The notes below the pieces were generated by a model. It made no database searches, was not told where the DNA came from, and was given only the letters and a program-made list of their open reading frames with translations. The translations under genes were made by a program, and so were the position numbers. A stretch of 16,960 nt of DNA from positions 424,920 through 441,879 of the forward strand of contig CP070761.1 in NCBI GenBank assembly GCA_020348985.1. Reading direction: 5' to 3'. The DNA is from Candidatus Thorarchaeota archaeon (GTDB lineage Archaea; Asgardarchaeota; Thorarchaeia; Thorarchaeales; Thorarchaeaceae). This document shows positions 16,847 to 16,960 of this stretch, in pieces. Within the stretch, counting starts at the first letter, position 1; each line of letters opens with the position of its first letter.

Positions 16847-16960
16847 ATGAAAGTCAAGGATCTTCGACGTTATATCAAGACTACCGAGAAGATGGTCGTG
16901 CCTGCCAAGGTTGCGTCCACGACCCAGGGTAGTGGCTTTCTCCGCAAGCTGCCGCTCAGA
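16847..16960 (+). CDS. 5' end of a hypothetical protein, truncated by the window edge
   Basis: GAGGGG SD-like motif, then ATG and an open frame MKVKDLRRYIKTTEKMVVPAKVASTTQGSGFLRKLPLR. Confidence 0.6.
   Translation, partial: MKVKDLRRYIKTTEKMVVPAKVASTTQGSGFLRKLPLR

Overview
Gene-dense archaeal chromosomal window. It is most likely from an Asgard archaeon such as Thorarchaeia; this is inferred from cofE, an F420-type LLM, GGTGA/GGAGG Shine-Dalgarno motifs, an archaeal-type histidine kinase H-box and a TPR architecture typical of Asgard proteins, and was not verified by a search. In order it holds: a PAS histidine kinase with a C-terminal thioredoxin-like CxxC domain; an LLM oxidoreductase; a large TPR-nitrilase fusion; a DsrE/membrane protein pair divergent from a TusA-family gene; YbjN-like, bacterial-PH-like and coiled-coil/wHTH proteins; TlpA-CcdA; an ECF S-component + cofE operon; a membrane-anchored metzincin; an MDR oxidoreductase; a type-B carboxylesterase; and several decayed gene remnants. 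The strongest unexplained signal is a ~125-nt multi-stem RNA structure in the 5' leader of the RibU-like ECF-S/cofE operon. It has mutually exclusive pairings that could hide or expose the Shine-Dalgarno, making it a candidate new archaeal riboswitch, possibly for a flavin or deazaflavin (F420). The next most notable are the TPR-nitrilase fusion (possible sensor-effector immune protein) and the kinase-thioredoxin fusion. No tRNA, rRNA, CRISPR array or transposase was recognised.
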